NCBI GenBank assembly: GCA_023515795.1
Contig: JALGPX010000101.1
Location: 1 to 44,062 of the forward strand
Reading direction: 5' to 3'
DNA: 44,062 nucleotides
Source: Amoeboaphelidium occidentale
Taxonomy: Eukaryota
Made by a program: the position numbers and the translations under genes. Positions 9,795 through 24,000 of this stretch are shown here, piece after piece (positions within the stretch are counted from its first letter, which is position 1; each line of letters starts with the position of its first letter). The notes under the pieces are model-generated. The model searched no databases and had not been told where the DNA came from. It saw only the letters and a list, made by a program, of their open reading frames with translations.

Positions 9795-11990
9795 ATGCCT
9801 ACAGAACATTTAGAACCTTTGAGCATCAAACCAGCAGAAGAGACCCAGAAGAAGGAACATCAGACGTTTCACTTCAAGAGGAGACATTTGAGTCTTAATT
9901 GGAAGCTTCTGTCAGCGGTAGACATTGACAAAATCATGAAGAAGGTAAGTTTCAATTACATTCTACTGGATATTTTCTATCTCAGGGTGATACTGCAATA
10001 CTTCAAGAGGTCCTGGAGAACATTACTTTCTGTGATATTGATAGTGAAGGTATATTCATGATCATCACTGCAGCGATCTCATTTGTAAAGAATTCGATGT
10101 TGATAGAAACTTTCTGAAGCTGTTTCAACTTGCCCAACTGATAATTGAATATCTCTTGTATACTCAGGAATATGTGCTTGGAAAGAAACATACAACAGAT
10201 GTCACTCTGAAGGAGATGGAGCAAAAGAACAAAAGCTCAAGCGATCAGGTTGTAATTTTGCAAAAGGAGGTTGAAAGCCTTGTAAAGGAGAACAGGCAAC
10301 TGAAAAAGACTATTAATGCGTATCAGTTATGGTCTAAAATTCCAGGTGGAATCGGATCCCAACCTGTTGCGACCTCATATCATCGATGCCGATACTGTTC
10401 GAAAGTGTTCAACAGCGATTACTATCTGGATTCCCATTTGGTTAGAAGGCATCCTGATAAACCAAACTACGCTGCAGATGGGCAAAATGTTGCTCCTATG
10501 AATGCAGACCAGTCTCGCGGTCAAAGTACTCAAGTTGATGGAAACTTGATTGACAAGATCACAGAAACCATTGAACGATTCTCGTCTAAAGTAATGGAAA
10601 CAGAAAGAAAGCTGCGAGAAGATATGGAGCAGAAGTTGAAGTTGGAGTTATCAAAGAAAGAAAAGCAGATCGAAGACGCTTATCGTTCAGATCGCCTTGA
10701 ACACGAAAAGGAGTTACAAGATCTCAAAACTCTTATGGTACAGCAATTAGAAGATGAAAGAAAGTTACTCAGAGAAGAACGGTTGGCATTCGAGGAGTTG
10801 AGAAAGACTCAAATGAAGAAATCAAATGTCGGTCAGATGGAAGATGATTTCGGCAATGATAATCAAGATGGCTTGAAAGAAGTCGAAACAAAGTACGAAG
10901 ATTTAGTCAAATCTCTACACAAGAAGTTTGAAACTGAATTGGGCAACTTAAATGACAAGATCAGCGCCATGGCAATGCGAGACGATTCAAGGCAGTTACG
11001 CCAAATAGGCACTTCGCTTGATAAAGTCAGTCAGTCAGATAGAGAACTTCATTTGAACAACAAAGGAATCAGATCTCAATTAAAATCTGAACCTCTGATT
11101 ACAGATACACCACAATCATTATTCAGGTCAAGTCGAAATCTTACCAACGCTGGTTGGGACAAGTATGATCAAGTATTGAAAGAATTCAAACACTCTCCTA
11201 TATCAGATAAGCCTGAAATCAAGACAATTTATGACCACACTGAAGAAGCAGTAATAAGCAACAAGAAGGAGATGCTGCAATCGTTTGAAGCTCTTTGCGA
11301 GAATAAGGGCATTACGTTAGAGACCATGAAGTCCAGTGATCAAACCCAGAAGGTAAATGAACAAATAGCTGCGAATAGGAAGCAATTAGAATCAAAGAAC
11401 TCGAACCACAAAAGAATGAGGGAAGCAATTGAAAAAGAATTGGAAACAATTTATCAAAGCAAATTCAAATTTAGACCCTTCAACGAGCTTGGTGCATCAA
11501 GTAATGTTGCTCCATCAATCCCTCTACCTGACAAGCAAGCCTTCTTCAGCAAGCATAATCGCCAAAAGAGCGACTTTTCCTCGATGAACAGCGTTGCTTG
11601 GAGTGAATATCAAGATTCTGCAGACTCTGATGGAACAAATGATGATGAATTTACGGATACAGTTAGCTACATGAGCTTGGATAGAGCGAGATCACCTTCT
11701 GGGACAATGAAGTCGCCATCAAAGAGAGGTTCTTTAGCAAGACCAACTTCTGCGAAAACAAAATCACCATCCTCAATTGATGCTTTGAATGTTACTGAAG
11801 AGTTTGATATAAGCGATATATCAGATGACAATGATGTTTCTGTCTCAAGCAATAATCGTGGCAACAGTAGCAAGAAGTCTAATCGCAAAGGTAATCATTT
11901 ATGATGCGTTTCAACTAACAATTAGGAGTTGCTTCCATTGACCGTATCAACAAATTAGATGTAAGTGATATTGAAACTGAAGAAATTTAA
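9795..11990 (+). CDS. DZIP1: DZIP1/Iguana-like ciliary basal-body zinc-finger protein
   Basis: The spliced N-terminus FHFKRR..LNWKLLSAVDIDKI / GDTAILQEVLENITFCDI / FLKLFQLAQLIIEYLL is the Dzip-like N domain. C2H2 finger CRYCSKVFNSDYYLDSHLVRRH and coiled coil follow. Introns 9945-9985, 10050-10090 and 11891-11925. Confidence 0.88.
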
Positions 11991-12077
11991 TAGAAAGTTG
12001 TTGTTCGTTCGAATTGTGTGTTGAATCGGAATGTCTCGATCGCTCAATCTCGCCTTCTTCGAAAAGTGCTTAGCGAC

Positions 12078-14889
12078 ATGAATCCACAAGGGTAACAGAA
12101 TCCCCCTTCATTTAAACCAACTCATCTTTTAAGAGATAATCAAGTGACATCGCCGAAAGGTCATCAGAAGAGGAGACAGATTTATCCTCAACAGGCTGCT
12201 TACGGAACTACAGTCTCTCCGCCATCAGCTGGCCCTGGACCATTTCCACCACAGCCTCAGCCCCAAGCACAACCGCAACAGTTTTATAATCAACAGCAGA
12301 TGCCTCCTATCCAGAACTTACAGCTGCAGACCTCCCCAATGATGCAGCAACCAATTCAGCAGAATGGACCCATGCCGAATCAGTTTAATCAATTTGGACC
12401 TGCGCAGCCTCCACCACAACCGCAGCAGCAGCAGTTCCAAGGACAGCCTTTTGTCCCTCCGCCTGGTGCTCCAATGCAAGCTCCGCAGCAGCAGCAATAC
12501 GGTTACAGTGGAATGAATCAACAGTTTCAGCATAATGTTAACTTGCTTGGAATGCCCACTGATACTGAACTGCTAAATACTTCAGCTAACGAGTTGGCTT
12601 TAAATGATACAATTTACGGGGGCGCATTTAAGAATGTTGTTCATTGTCCTCCTTCGCTACAAAGATCAACGCTGAAAGTCATTCCACAATCCTACGCAAC
12701 ACTCAACAAGGCAAAGTTACCATTTGGTCTACTGCTGAACCCATTTAAGCCTCTATCCGAAGATGAAGTTATTCCTGTTGTGGGTAGCACGGACAGGAAA
12801 GACTTTAATCAGCCAGTTTATGCTGCTGGAGGTATTTGCAGGTGCAGAAGATGTCGCGCATACATTAATCCTTATATTGAGTACGTTGATACCACTCATT
12901 GGCGTTGTAATGTTTGTTACTTGGTAAACGAAATACCTACACATTTTGACTTTGATACACAGACGCAACAATATGTGGATCGATCATTAAGACCAGAGTT
13001 ATCGTATGCTTGCGTGGAGTACATTGCAACGAATGAGTATATGGTACGAGCACCTGTTCCTGCTGTGTATATCTTTGTGTTGGATGTCAGTTACTCTAGT
13101 GTTAGCACTGGAGTTGTAGATTCATTTTGTCAGAGTCTTCTAAACTCTTTGGATTACATTCCTGATGATGAAGGGCGAGTAAGAGTTGCATTCATCACTG
13201 CAGATTCGAGTGTGCATTTCTTTCATTTGAGTCCAGATTCTGAAGAGCCAGTGGAATACGTTGTTAGTGATCTGGAAGACATTTTTCTGCCAATGCCTAG
13301 CGATCTGATGGTTATCCTTAATGATTCTCGCAAACAGATTGAAACTCTTCTTCAGAGTCTTCCTAACATATACAAGAATACCACAGATAATCAGTCTGCA
13401 GTTGGAGCTGCTCTGCAAGCTGCTTTTAAGATGGCAGGCCCTATTGGAGGAAAAGTGATATTATTGTCTGCAACTATGCCATCTCTTGGGCCAGGGCAAT
13501 TGAAACAACGAGAAGATAACAAGCTTTTTGGAACAGCACAAGAAAATACATTGCTACAGCCGCAATCATCATTCTTCAAGTCTTTCGCTATTGATTGTTC
13601 AAGGAGCCAAGTTTGTGTTGACATGTTTCTATTCGGAAATGCCTACATGGACCTGACTACTTTAACAGGAGCATCTCGTTTTACTGGGGGATCTGTGTAC
13701 TACTATCCTGGATTCAATTCAAGCAGAGTTGAGGATTCATTGAAATTTTCTGATGAATTTGGAACTTTTATTAGTCAAGGAGTTGGACTGGAAGCAGTCT
13801 TGAGAGTAAGAGCATCGAAAGGAGTAAGAAGTGATGCATTCCATGGAAACTTCTTTGTACGAAGTTCTGATCTTCTTGCATTACCAAATGTAAACCCTTT
13901 CAATTCTTATGGATTCCAAATGACTATTGATGAAACATTACAAGGTCCTTACTGCGTATTCCAGTCAGCACTGTTGTACACAACTCATTTCGGAGAGCGT
14001 AGAATCAGAGTCATTACAAGCGCGCAACCTGTTAGTGATGATCTTGGTTTAATTTACAGAAATGTAGATCAAGTAGCATTGGCATCTATGCTAAGTAAAA
14101 TGGCTGTGGAAAGAGCTTTAACTGCTAAACTGGAAGATGCAAGAGAAGCTGTAGTGAACAAGATCCTTGACATCTTTACAGTATACAAGCAAACTGCATT
14201 GTCACAGGGTGCTCAGACTGGATTAGTTATTTGCGAGAATCTAAAGCTCTTTGTTGTTCTATGTTTGGGTCTTATCAAGAATGAAGCAATTAAAGGAGGA
14301 AGCAATACTCCAAGTGATATACGAACACATGCGATGTCTCTTGTTCGAACAATGCCTCCAGAACTCTGCTCTTTGGTTTTGTACCCTAATCTGTACGAAA
14401 TGCATAACATTCCTCCAGAGGTTGGATTAGATTCTGAGGATGGAATATTGTTACCTCCAAGTATTCCATTGTCCTCCGAGCGTTTCGTAAGACATGGAGT
14501 CTACTTGATGGACGCTGGAACACATCTATTAATCTGGGTTAGCCGTGAAGTCCATCCTCAACTAGTCAAAGATCTATTCGATAGACAATATGAAGATTTA
14601 CCCGCTGGAAAGGTAACCAATTCTATTCCAACTTCTAACTTTATTCTAGATTGAATTGCCTGTAACGGATAAATTGATCAATATCAAATTCAGAAATATT
14701 GTTTCAAAGCTTCGTGATCTTCATGCAAGAAAGCACTTGTATCCATCATTATATTTGGTTCGAGAGGAAGGCGGATCTCCTCAATTGAAGATCATGTTCC
14801 TATCCCATCTGATCGAAGATAGACATGATTTTGGTCCAAGTTACGCTCAGTTCCTAAACGAAATCCGCGAGAAGGTGAATAAAAGCTAA
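12078..14889 (+). CDS. SEC24: COPII coat subunit Sec24
   Basis: P/Q-rich N-terminus, zinc finger RCRRCRAYINP..WRCNVC, YIFVLDVS trunk, EAVLRVRAS, GERRIRV, LIEDR. Introns 12092-12133 and 14613-14649. Confidence 0.95.
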
Positions 14890-14918
14890 AGAGAGTTCAT
14901 CTTAAATGAAGAATTTAT

Positions 14919-15604
14919 TTATTTCTGTTTGCCAAAGTAATTCAATGACTCTTTTGGATTTGCCTTCATTGAATCCGGCTTGTCAACGGCCCAATCTGCA
15001 GTGCAAACTTCTCCGTGCTCTGCGGTATACTGAAACGCTTTCAATAATCTGAACGCCTCATCGACACTTCTGCCAACCGGTAAATCGTTAACGCTGATGT
15101 GCCTTACGACGCCCTGTGGATCAATCAACACATTTGCACGTAAAGCAACACCCTTCTCCTCCAACAGAACACCGTAATCCTTAGCGATGGTCTTCTTCAA
15201 ATCTGCAATCAATGGAATATCCAACTTTCCTTCTGTCGGCTTCAGACCGCCCTGACTCTGTGGAAGACTTGCCCAGTGATAGTGAACATACTCAGAATCG
15301 ATGGAACAACCCAAAACTTCACAACCTGCTTCTTTAAATTGCGCATACTTTTTGTTAAACGCCAAAATCTCAGTTGGGCAGGTGAAGGTGAAGTCCATTG
15401 GATAGAAGAAGAGCAGACAGTATTTGCCTGAAGTACAAGAGAAAGTTAATCGTTAAGGAAATGTTTATGCGAACCTTTGTAATCACTCAACTTGACTTGC
15501 TTAAATTCTCCGTTGACTAAAGCGGTGGCAGAAAACGGTGGCGCGGGTTTTGTGACTTGGGCTGCTCTTGCTACGGCTGATGAGGAAAAGAATCTTCTGA
15601 ACAT
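14919..15604 (-). CDS. Typical 2-Cys peroxiredoxin (AhpC/Prx1 subfamily) with a probable mitochondrial presequence
   Basis: Exon 1 [24 protein letters not shown]. Intron 15474-15428. [15 protein letters not shown] (peroxidatic Cys), VGRSVDE and HGEVC (resolving Cys). Confidence 0.93.
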
Positions 15605-15625
15605 TTGTAAGAAACGACCTTGTAA

Positions 15626-16795
15626 ATGACTACGAACAACGCTGTAGAGGAGGATAATACGAAATTTGATGTTTTAATTCGTGGCACTGGTCTGCAAGGA
15701 AGTCTGCTTTCGGCTGCTCTGGCTCTGAGTGGCGTTTCTGTGTTGCATGTTGACGAGCATTATGGTGGCGATCATGCTGGCGTCCAAGCTAAAGATTTTA
15801 TATCGTTCCTACAGAGCAACAGGGCAAAGTACAAAGTTTTAGAATACAAAGATTTAAAGGCCCCTGTTCAATTGGAATTACGACCTAATCTGCTGTATGC
15901 AAAGTCAGATATCGTTCAATTATTGATCGATTCTACGGTATCGCGCTATTTAGACTTCAAATTGGCACTTAATGGTTACGTTATTTGTGAAGGTTCTGAA
16001 GGTTCCGATGCGCTGGTCAAGATCCCTCTGTCTAAAGAAGATATCTTTATGGATAATTCGATATCATTGAAAGAGAAACGACTTTTAATGAAGGCAATTA
16101 CAGACAGGAATTTCGATGGTTTGCCGGAAAAGTGGCAGAATGTAGTGAAGTATGGCATGCCTAATTTGGAACTGTTTGTTTCAAGTATCGGAAAATATGG
16201 TAAAACTCCGTTTCTGTGGACATGTTACGGAACTGGTGAATTGTGTCAAGCATTTTGTCGTTTATCAGCTGTTTATGGTTCAGTTTTTATAATTGGACAA
16301 GATATTCCCTCCGAGTACAGTTATAATCTTACTGTGTCTGAATTGGGACGAGATTCTGGGCATGTTTCAAAGATGCTTTATAAGGGAGTTTATGTAACGA
16401 AATGCGATGGTGATCTTGTGGAGTGGTATGCTTTCAATGATGTCTTCGGAATAAGAGTTGTGCAGAATGGGTACTCTGTTCTGTATTTGAATAGTAACCA
16501 TGAGTTTGATATTAAAACAATCGGCAAAAAGCTTGAAGGAATTTCGAGCAAAGAACAAGAACAGCTCGAAGAGGGCTACTTGTATTATTCTGAGAATATC
16601 AGAAGTCATAGTAGCGACGAAGGATCTTATGTATTTGATGATTTAGATTTTGATTTGGGAGAATTAAATGGTTTAATTGAGTCTGTAAAGAGTCTATATT
16701 CAAAAATTATGACAGTCCTTGGAAAGGAACTAGACTTTATGCCAAAACTCTTGGACCCAGAACTCGAAGCAGAGCTAAGAAACTTCACAATATAA
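15626..16795 (+). CDS. Rab escort protein / Rab GDI family (MRS6/CHM-like), compact
   Basis: [46 protein letters not shown]...[29 protein letters not shown]. Confidence 0.88.
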   Translation: MTTNNAVEEDNTKFDVLIRGTGLQGSLLSAALALSGVSVLHVDEHYGGDHAGVQAKDFISFLQSNRAKYKVLEYKDLKAPVQLELRPNLLYAKSDIVQLLIDSTVSRYLDFKLALNGYVICEGSEGSDALVKIPLSKEDIFMDNSISLKEKRLLMKAITDRNFDGLPEKWQNVVKYGMPNLELFVSSIGKYGKTPFLWTCYGTGELCQAFCRLSAVYGSVFIIGQDIPSEYSYNLTVSELGRDSGHVSKMLYKGVYVTKCDGDLVEWYAFNDVFGIRVVQNGYSVLYLNSNHEFDIKTIGKKLEGISSKEQEQLEEGYLYYSENIRSHSSDEGSYVFDDLDFDLGELNGLIESVKSLYSKIMTVLGKELDFMPKLLDPELEAELRNFTI

Positions 16796-16808
16796 TTTTT
16801 AGCCATGT

Positions 16809-17780
16809 TTACAACTTTTTCAGCAGGCAGTAAAACATTGGTCCATGTTGAGACTTGTCTGGAAGGATTAAAATGCCAAATTCAGTTTCATCCCCGATTG
16901 TGCACTGTCGCTTGATAACAGCCAACTTATCAGTTCCCAACTTTTTCAATGCTTTCCTGATTACACCATCATTCTCTTGCTCTGATAATGCACATGTTGA
17001 GTACAGAATCTGTCCGCCCTTCTTTAGAACTTTGAAAGCTTCAAGAACCAACTTCAACTGCTTCTCGGCCATTTTCTTCGGTTTACTTGCACTCCAATTA
17101 TCTTTGAAGGTTCCTGGTTTCGCAATCATTTGCTGAACACAATGCCTATCTGAACTACACGGAGCATCAACAAGGACACGATCGAAATACGATAGTTTCA
17201 AGGCTCTTTTGCTATACTCTGTTCCATCATGCCCGGTGACTACAACATGCTTCAGCACATCAGATGGCAAGTAGTCCTGCACGACTCTTTGTAGCCGTTT
17301 TCTTCTATCCTGTTGATACTCATTGCATACCAACTGTGCACCATCACCAGGAGCCATCGTAGCAAACAATTTAAAAGCCATAACCAGAGACTTTCCACCA
17401 GGAGCAGCGCAAAGATCCAAAACTTTGTCGCCCTTTTGCACATTCAGAGCTTCAGCAGCAATAACAGACGCGGCATCTAAAGCATACCATTCTTTTAAAG
17501 AATCTTTACTAAGTTCTAATGACTCTTCTTGTTCTTTCAGAGGTATCATACATTTACTCTGTGCCAATGACAGCTGACCATATTCTCCCTCGCTAAATGA
17601 TGATATTCCCTCATAGAATGGATTTATAAGGTAACAATGCCGTGTAGGTTCTTTGAACGCGTTAATTATATGTGTCCATCGTTCTTTGAATGTTCCAGAA
17701 TGCATATCACAGAATTGCTCCCACTGTTTCTGATCTTTAGCGTGAACCTTCAAAACTTCTTCAGCACCCTCCATGATCAT
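16809..17780 (-). CDS. RsmB/NOP2-family RNA m5C methyltransferase, NSUN3/NSUN4-like
   Basis: LDAASV, VLDLCAAPGGKS, FDRVLVDAPCSSDRH, YSTCALS..END and GPMFYC. Confidence 0.88.
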   Translation of the reverse strand: MIMEGAEEVLKVHAKDQKQWEQFCDMHSGTFKERWTHIINAFKEPTRHCYLINPFYEGISSFSEGEYGQLSLAQSKCMIPLKEQEESLELSKDSLKEWYALDAASVIAAEALNVQKGDKVLDLCAAPGGKSLVMAFKLFATMAPGDGAQLVCNEYQQDRRKRLQRVVQDYLPSDVLKHVVVTGHDGTEYSKRALKLSYFDRVLVDAPCSSDRHCVQQMIAKPGTFKDNWSASKPKKMAEKQLKLVLEAFKVLKKGGQILYSTCALSEQENDGVIRKALKKLGTDKLAVIKRQCTIGDETEFGILILPDKSQHGPMFYCLLKKL

Positions 17781-17898
17781 TTACAAGAAACAGTCAGTGA
17801 AGAATTACGCAGCTATAATCATCCTGCCTGAACTTTAATTTTAAAGTTTGATCTACAGGTGAAACACTATCCTTAACTTTATCAAAAGTATTTATAGA

Positions 17899-19708
17899 AT
17901 GATCAAACTGCGCCACCTTCTTAGCAAAAGCACGAGCAAACTCAAATTCTCTATTGCAAATCCCGTAAACAAAAAAGTTAATTCGGCGCTCATTTTCGGA
18001 ACGACGTTATCTTTTGGCGCTTATCATTTCTTAACGATGGATTCCGTAAAAGCGGCTGATCACATAAACTTCTCGGACGCAGACAACTTATTCAAAGACA
18101 GAAAGACTTGGGACCTCTTCAAATCGCTCGTGGTGTTCCAGCTCTGTCAGTACGACGCTGTTGTGGAGACCTCTCCTGTTCTGCTGAAGTTGGCCTCTAA
18201 GTTCTTTATCACGAGATACATTTCGAACTTTTTAGTAAAGAAGACGTTCTTTTGGCAGTTTTGTGGAGGTGAAGATGAAAAGGAAGTTGCGCCTGTTATT
18301 TTGGATTTATCTGCGCATGGGATCGATTCTATTTTGGACTTGTCGGTCGAGTCTGACCAGGATGCAGATTACACAAAGGATGTAATGGAGCAGATCAAGG
18401 CTTGCATCAAAGCAGCTGCAACGGATGCAAATAATTCTGCTGCTGTTAAAGTCACTGCCTTAGGTTCCACGAAGTCTCTGTTGAATGCTTCTGGTATGAT
18501 GGAGTACCAATGGGATTTGTTTCAGAGCCGCCAAGTCGATGGCGTCATCGATCAGCCGCAGTTTGCAGATCTCATGTCAAAGATGCCTGGTGTTTCATCT
18601 GACACTGACATTTCTGGTTTGTTCAAGAAGGCTGATGTTAAGGGCACCGGAAAAATTACATGGCCTCAGTTTATTGCAGCAGTTAATATTGAAACAACGC
18701 CTTCATTATTCGTTGGCACGGTACCACTTGAAAAACTATCTCAGAAGGAACGTATTTCTGTTTCGGGCAAGTACATTCCCATCTTGAAGCAGGATGATAT
18801 CAAAGAGTTTGGTTTGTTTTCTTCCCGTCTGAAGGAATTATGTGATTATGCTAGTGGTTTGAATGTTTCTCTAATGTTCGATGCAGAGCAGTCTTACTTT
18901 CAATACGCCATCAGTTACATTTCCATGAAAATGATGGCTCAGTACAATAAGTCTGGTCGTGTTTTACTTTANGAAGCAGGATGATATCAAAGAGTTTGGT
19001 TTGTTTTCTTCCCGTCTGAAGGAATTATGTGATTATGCTAGTGGTTTGAACGTGTCTGTAATGTTGGATGCAGAGCAGTCTTACTTTCAATACGCCATCA
19101 GTTACATTTCCATGAAAATGATGGCTCAGTACAATAAGTCTGGTCGTGTTTTACTTTACAACACTTATCAGTTGTACTTGAAAGATTCATTGAAACATTT
19201 ACAATTTGACTATGAAAGAAGCCAGCAGGAGGGTTTCAAGTTTGGTGCTAAACTTGTTCGTGGTGCTTACATGGTATTGGAAAGAAAGAGAGCAAAGGTT
19301 TTGAACGTTCGTGATCCTATTCATGAAAACAAGAACAATACTGACAAGAGTTATTCTGAGGGTTTGCATTACATTATACCAAAAGATAATGTTAAAATCG
19401 TTGTGGCGACACATAACAGAACGTCAATTAATGAAGCGATTTCCATTAGCAAAGGAGGTTCACACATAATGTTTGCTCAATTATACGGAATGTATGATTA
19501 CTTGACCTACAAATTGGCAGATGAAGGATACAAAGTTGCGAAATACATACCGTATGGTCCAGTTGAAGATGTTATCCCTTACTTGATAAGAAGAGCTCAG
19601 GAGAACAAGTCCGTATTGAAATCAAAGGGTGACATTGATGATTTAACATTGATCAAGAAGGAATTAAAACGCCGCTTCTTCCGTAGAAAAGTTGAGCACA
19701 AGGAATAA
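17899..19708 (+). CDS. PUT1: Proline dehydrogenase with an EF-hand-like insertion; apparently split by an assembly duplication at N18972
   Basis: KKTFFWQFCGGED, VKVTALG, DAEQSYFQ, YNTYQLYLKD, KLVRGAYM, VATHN, FAQLYGM, KYIPYGP..VIPYLIRRAQEN. Segment ~18785-18970 is repeated at 18973-19158. Confidence 0.93.
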
Positions 19709-19740
19709 TTACATCAAAATACATAAAAGCATTATAGTCT

Positions 19741-20978
19741 TCATTTATTTTCCAACTTCTGCTCCAGTTCCTTCAATGATTGTTCCTTCATCAAAAGCTC
19801 TCTTCTTCTCTGCTCAAGATCCTTTTGAATCTTTAATTCCATTTCCCTCAATTTCTCTTCTTCCTTCTTCAATAATTCTTCCTTCAACCAAACTTGCTTA
19901 ACAACATCTGCAGCTGAGATGTCCTGATTTGTGGATGCAGAAGCAGAAGTTGCAGATTCAACAATCTTCTTCTCTTCCAAAGACAACTTGAAAGTTCTGT
20001 AATCTTCATAAAGAAACTCTTGCATTTGCGATTTAAGTTCTTGTAAATGAGAAGTGAACAGAGTGAATCTCAATCTTGCGAAATCACAATGTTTCACATT
20101 ATCAACTTCCACAATCCCATGAGACAACTCTCTGCCCCTGACCTTCCTGCCATTCAAATCATAAACACCATCAGCGGTAACAACTGCAAAAGGCAATAAT
20201 TCCCTCAGCTCTGCATTTTCTTGCTTAACTTCTTCTGGATCTTCTTCATCATCATTCGGAAACTGGTAGTATCTGATACCCTTCAGACTCTGCTTGATAC
20301 GCTTCTTGAACAGCTGCAACTCTTCTCTGGTCAAAGAATCACTCTTACCAATCACCGGGATAACATTTACAGACGTCGCCAACTCCTTCATCAGCAGCAG
20401 ATCTGTCTCTTTCAAGTTGTGCCCTGTCGGCTGGATAAAGTAAAGTAAGCAATCCACTCTAATTGAAACAATTAAAATCTTCCTTATAGAAAAAGTATCA
20501 CCGATTATCAATGAATTTTGGATTTCTTTTAATTCTGCTCTCTTCCAACAGAACTTCATCAAACTGGGCGTGAATGTAACTGAGAATTTCCTGAAACTGA
20601 GCGATGTTGTTTAGCGCATCGCCAAAGCCTTGAAACCATTAAGCCTGTGACGCAGCTATTCCTTACCAGGAGTATCCAAAACAGTCAAATTGATCTTTAC
20701 GCCGTCCTCATCCAATTCCGTTTGGTACGGAGTAATTTTCATTGTCTTTTGTATTTCCTGTCCTTCCTGTGGAGGGATGACTTCCTTCTCGCAGAGGGTG
20801 TTTATGAATGAAGATTTGCCCAGGCCAGATTTGCCTTTAAAGTGTTAATCAACTTTCAACAGCTTCGTACCTGCGACCATCACATTGAATTGCACACCCT
20901 TTTTTATATTCTTTCTTCTAAGCTGGTGCGACTATGGGCAGTTATAAGCGAAGGTTCTAGGTTAAGGGGGTTTACCAT
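19741..20978 (-). CDS. CDC11: Septin, Cdc11/AspA-like
   Basis: An ATG micro-exon at 20978, then SHQLRRKNIKKGVQFNVMVA / GKSGLGKSSFINTL / DTPGFGD / RVDCLLYFIQPTGH, NVIPVIGKSD, HCDF and a C-terminal coiled coil. Four short introns. Confidence 0.85.
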
Positions 20979-21085
20979 TTGGGCGTTGTTGGCAAAGTTG
21001 TTTCAGTTTCAGTTGTTTCGCTTGTCGGAAAGAATTAGAGAACGCCAGAGAGCTCGTTACAATAAATCTATTTCAAATATATAAA

Positions 21086-24000
21086 CTAATCGTCTACCAA
21101 GTTTATCACGTTATCGTTTACTGCTCTAGGTTGAGGCCTTGGAGGAGTTGCTGAGGATGATCTGATCAGATTTGGTATTGTGTCCGTGCTAGCATGATCT
21201 TTCTTATTGAACGCAGGTGTATAAGGACTAGATGGAACTCTAGGAATATGAGAGCCTTGTTTCGGCTGGTGATTATCGTTAGGTCGTTCCGGAGACGTCT
21301 TGCTTGCTTCAACTTTCTGCATTTTCGGTATGTGGCTGTCCGCAATAGGATGATGCGTTTTCAGATGCTTTCTCAAATCGCTTAACTTTAAATTTAATAT
21401 TGCTTTTTTTCGAGATGCATTTGCATCAAGCTCAGACTTCCGTTTTGTTGCCTCACTCGCTTCAGGGTTTGGTCCAGATGCAGTACCATTCTTCTGGCCT
21501 TCAAAGGGGATTCTGACGAGTTTGTAATTCTTTGGAAAGTCAACAAAATGATAAAGCTCGCAGTGAGATTGCAGTTTCCTAATGCAACTTTCCGTTGATA
21601 AAGAATTAACTCTGATATTGCAACCAGATACCAGACACTGCATCCTAAATATCGAACGTCCGTCCGAGCTAAGGAGCTCCTGTACTCGTATTTCTCGTTC
21701 TTTTACTTTCTTCTTCTGCTCATCTTTTACAATAACATCGTCTTGCTTGTGTTCAGACAAGTGTACATGAATATCCTGTGCTGCATTACCACCCGCTCTA
21801 AATTCTCCACAACCATTGTAAGGACATAAAATGACACTATCTGTATTATTCAATCCAGAAATAAGACGTTCAGGAGCTTTCTGGCCAGAGTGTGAATATC
21901 TGAAATGTTGCAGTAGAGTCTGAAGACAAATTGCAATCGAGCATCCGGTAAAACTCTCCTTGCAGCCAGCAGCCACACATCTTAGATTGATATTTGATTT
22001 TGAAACATCCACAAACTGCCCTTTTGGCGCATTTAATCTGTAATTCGGAGTTGGGCTTGGACTTGGAGTTGCAGATGGCACCGCAGTCGATTCAGCTTTT
22101 TTGGGTGCTTCCATTGGTGCATGTTCAGGTTCTTGTTTTGCAGTGCTGGTTTTTCTTTTAGTCGGTCCTCCGTAAGCATTTTTCCAAACATTCACAAAGT
22201 GATGGTTCAAATTATCCACCGATACATCATTATGCTTCTCATTGTAATGGACAAGTAACATAAATCGGAAATTTTTGGTAGGAGTAAAGTTACTCGAACA
22301 TCTAGGCTCAGGACAGCAAATCAAGTTGTACTTCTGGATAAACGCGTTTGGAAGAGAATGATTCTTGTGAGCGCGAGGAAAATGCGACCTTGTTCCGTTT
22401 AAATTTTTGCCCACGAAACCGCAACCTTGGAACGGACATGGGCAAGGTTGATCTTCGTTTTCAGCATTCAATGCGTCTTCAGTCTTATCATCAGGTTTCA
22501 CTTCCTCCTTTTTGCTTTCTTCAGACTGTTTTTTGATCGAATTCAAGTTACTTTCTCCGGGATGGCGAGCTTTGAGGGATTCGTCTGTCCTAGGAAAATC
22601 CATAAACGCCTTCCTGGTTAGCTCCTGAAGTTTGCGTAATTCAGATTTGACATACATATCGTCCGGCTGATTCATTTCTGGCTTTTCCTCGTTGCTGTGA
22701 CAGTTCATGAGATGAGTATTGTAAACACTCTCAAAATTGTGCGATCTCATGAAAAGAGCTTTACAGCCTGGCTTGCGACATTTTCTCAAACCATATTCTC
22801 TGAGTGTAAATGAAGAAAAGTACTCTGTGGCATGGACGTCTTTCAAGTGCATCAAGAAAGACCTGCTTCCTTTTCCTTTGAAACTACAACCTTCTGCAGG
22901 GCAATTTCGTTTAATTTCATCGGAGACAGCATAAGCCTTATCATTTGTTTTTGATGCACGCTTTTTCTTGCGAAGTTCTTCTTCTTTCAGGATCGGTTCC
23001 CTCGCTAACTTTCTTGCCAACTTTTTGCAGCCCAAAACTGCATCCTCTGAATCTCTTCCTGAATGATCGTTTCGATAATGGGTCATGATGTTGCTTACAT
23101 TGCTTTCCGAAGCAATAAATAATTTCGCACAGTCTAGTTCTGGACAACCATAAAACCCATGGGACGTAAGAAAGGTTATTGAGACCTTTTTGTTTGGATG
23201 GAACTTCTTAAAATGCGCTCTCATATTTGTGTCTGTAAGATCTTTCCGATTGCAANNNNNNNNNNNNNNNNNGCAATAAATAATTTCGCACAGTCTAGTT
23301 CTGGACAACCATAAAACCCATGGGACGTAAGAAAGGTTTTTGAGACCTTTTTGTTTGGATGGAACTTCTTAAAATGCGCTCTCATATTTGTGTCTGTAAG
23401 ATCTTTCCGATTGCAATCATCAAACGGACAACAACTTTTAGACTTTTTCTCTTGTGTTTCCTCCAACTTTTCTTCCTCTTTCTTTTCAATATCTGTGCCG
23501 GTATTTTCGGTAGTTTCATGTGATTTCATATGTGTTATCATCAGCGCCATTCCATCTTTAGTATTTCTAAACACATCGCAACCAGCTATTGGGCAAACAG
23601 TTATTTCGTATCTTTTGCAAAAATCGATGAAAGCGGGATTCTCTTTGTAACCAGGATGCCAGCGACTAAAATGATTTTTAACATACCGAGTGAAAGATGA
23701 CGATATTTCAAACTCGTGCTCGCATAGCGGACATTTAGCCGTTTCCGTCGATGAGATATCATCACCAATTAATTTTTCAATATAATCAGTACTATCGGTA
23801 TCCGTGTCATCGTCATCGAAAGTAGAATCGGAACTATCACCATCATCGAAGTCTAATTCTCCGTCAATCTTCATTTCATCCTCGGCTTTATCAACCTTAT
23901 TATCGAGAACCGTGGAATTTGAGGTGGAAACATTTTCAACAGCACCAGCACGATCTTGACTTTGAACATTTATCGTAGCTGCCTTAACCTCTTGAGGGCG

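Noticed and set aside
18520..18680. EF-hand-like insertion in PRODH as a novelty
   Set aside because: EF-hand-like inserts are already known in many eukaryotic proline dehydrogenases.
18785..19158. Apparent split or frameshifted PRODH, or an internal duplication
   Set aside because: The duplicated segment flanks N18972 and differs by only a few SNPs; an assembly or haplotype overlap.
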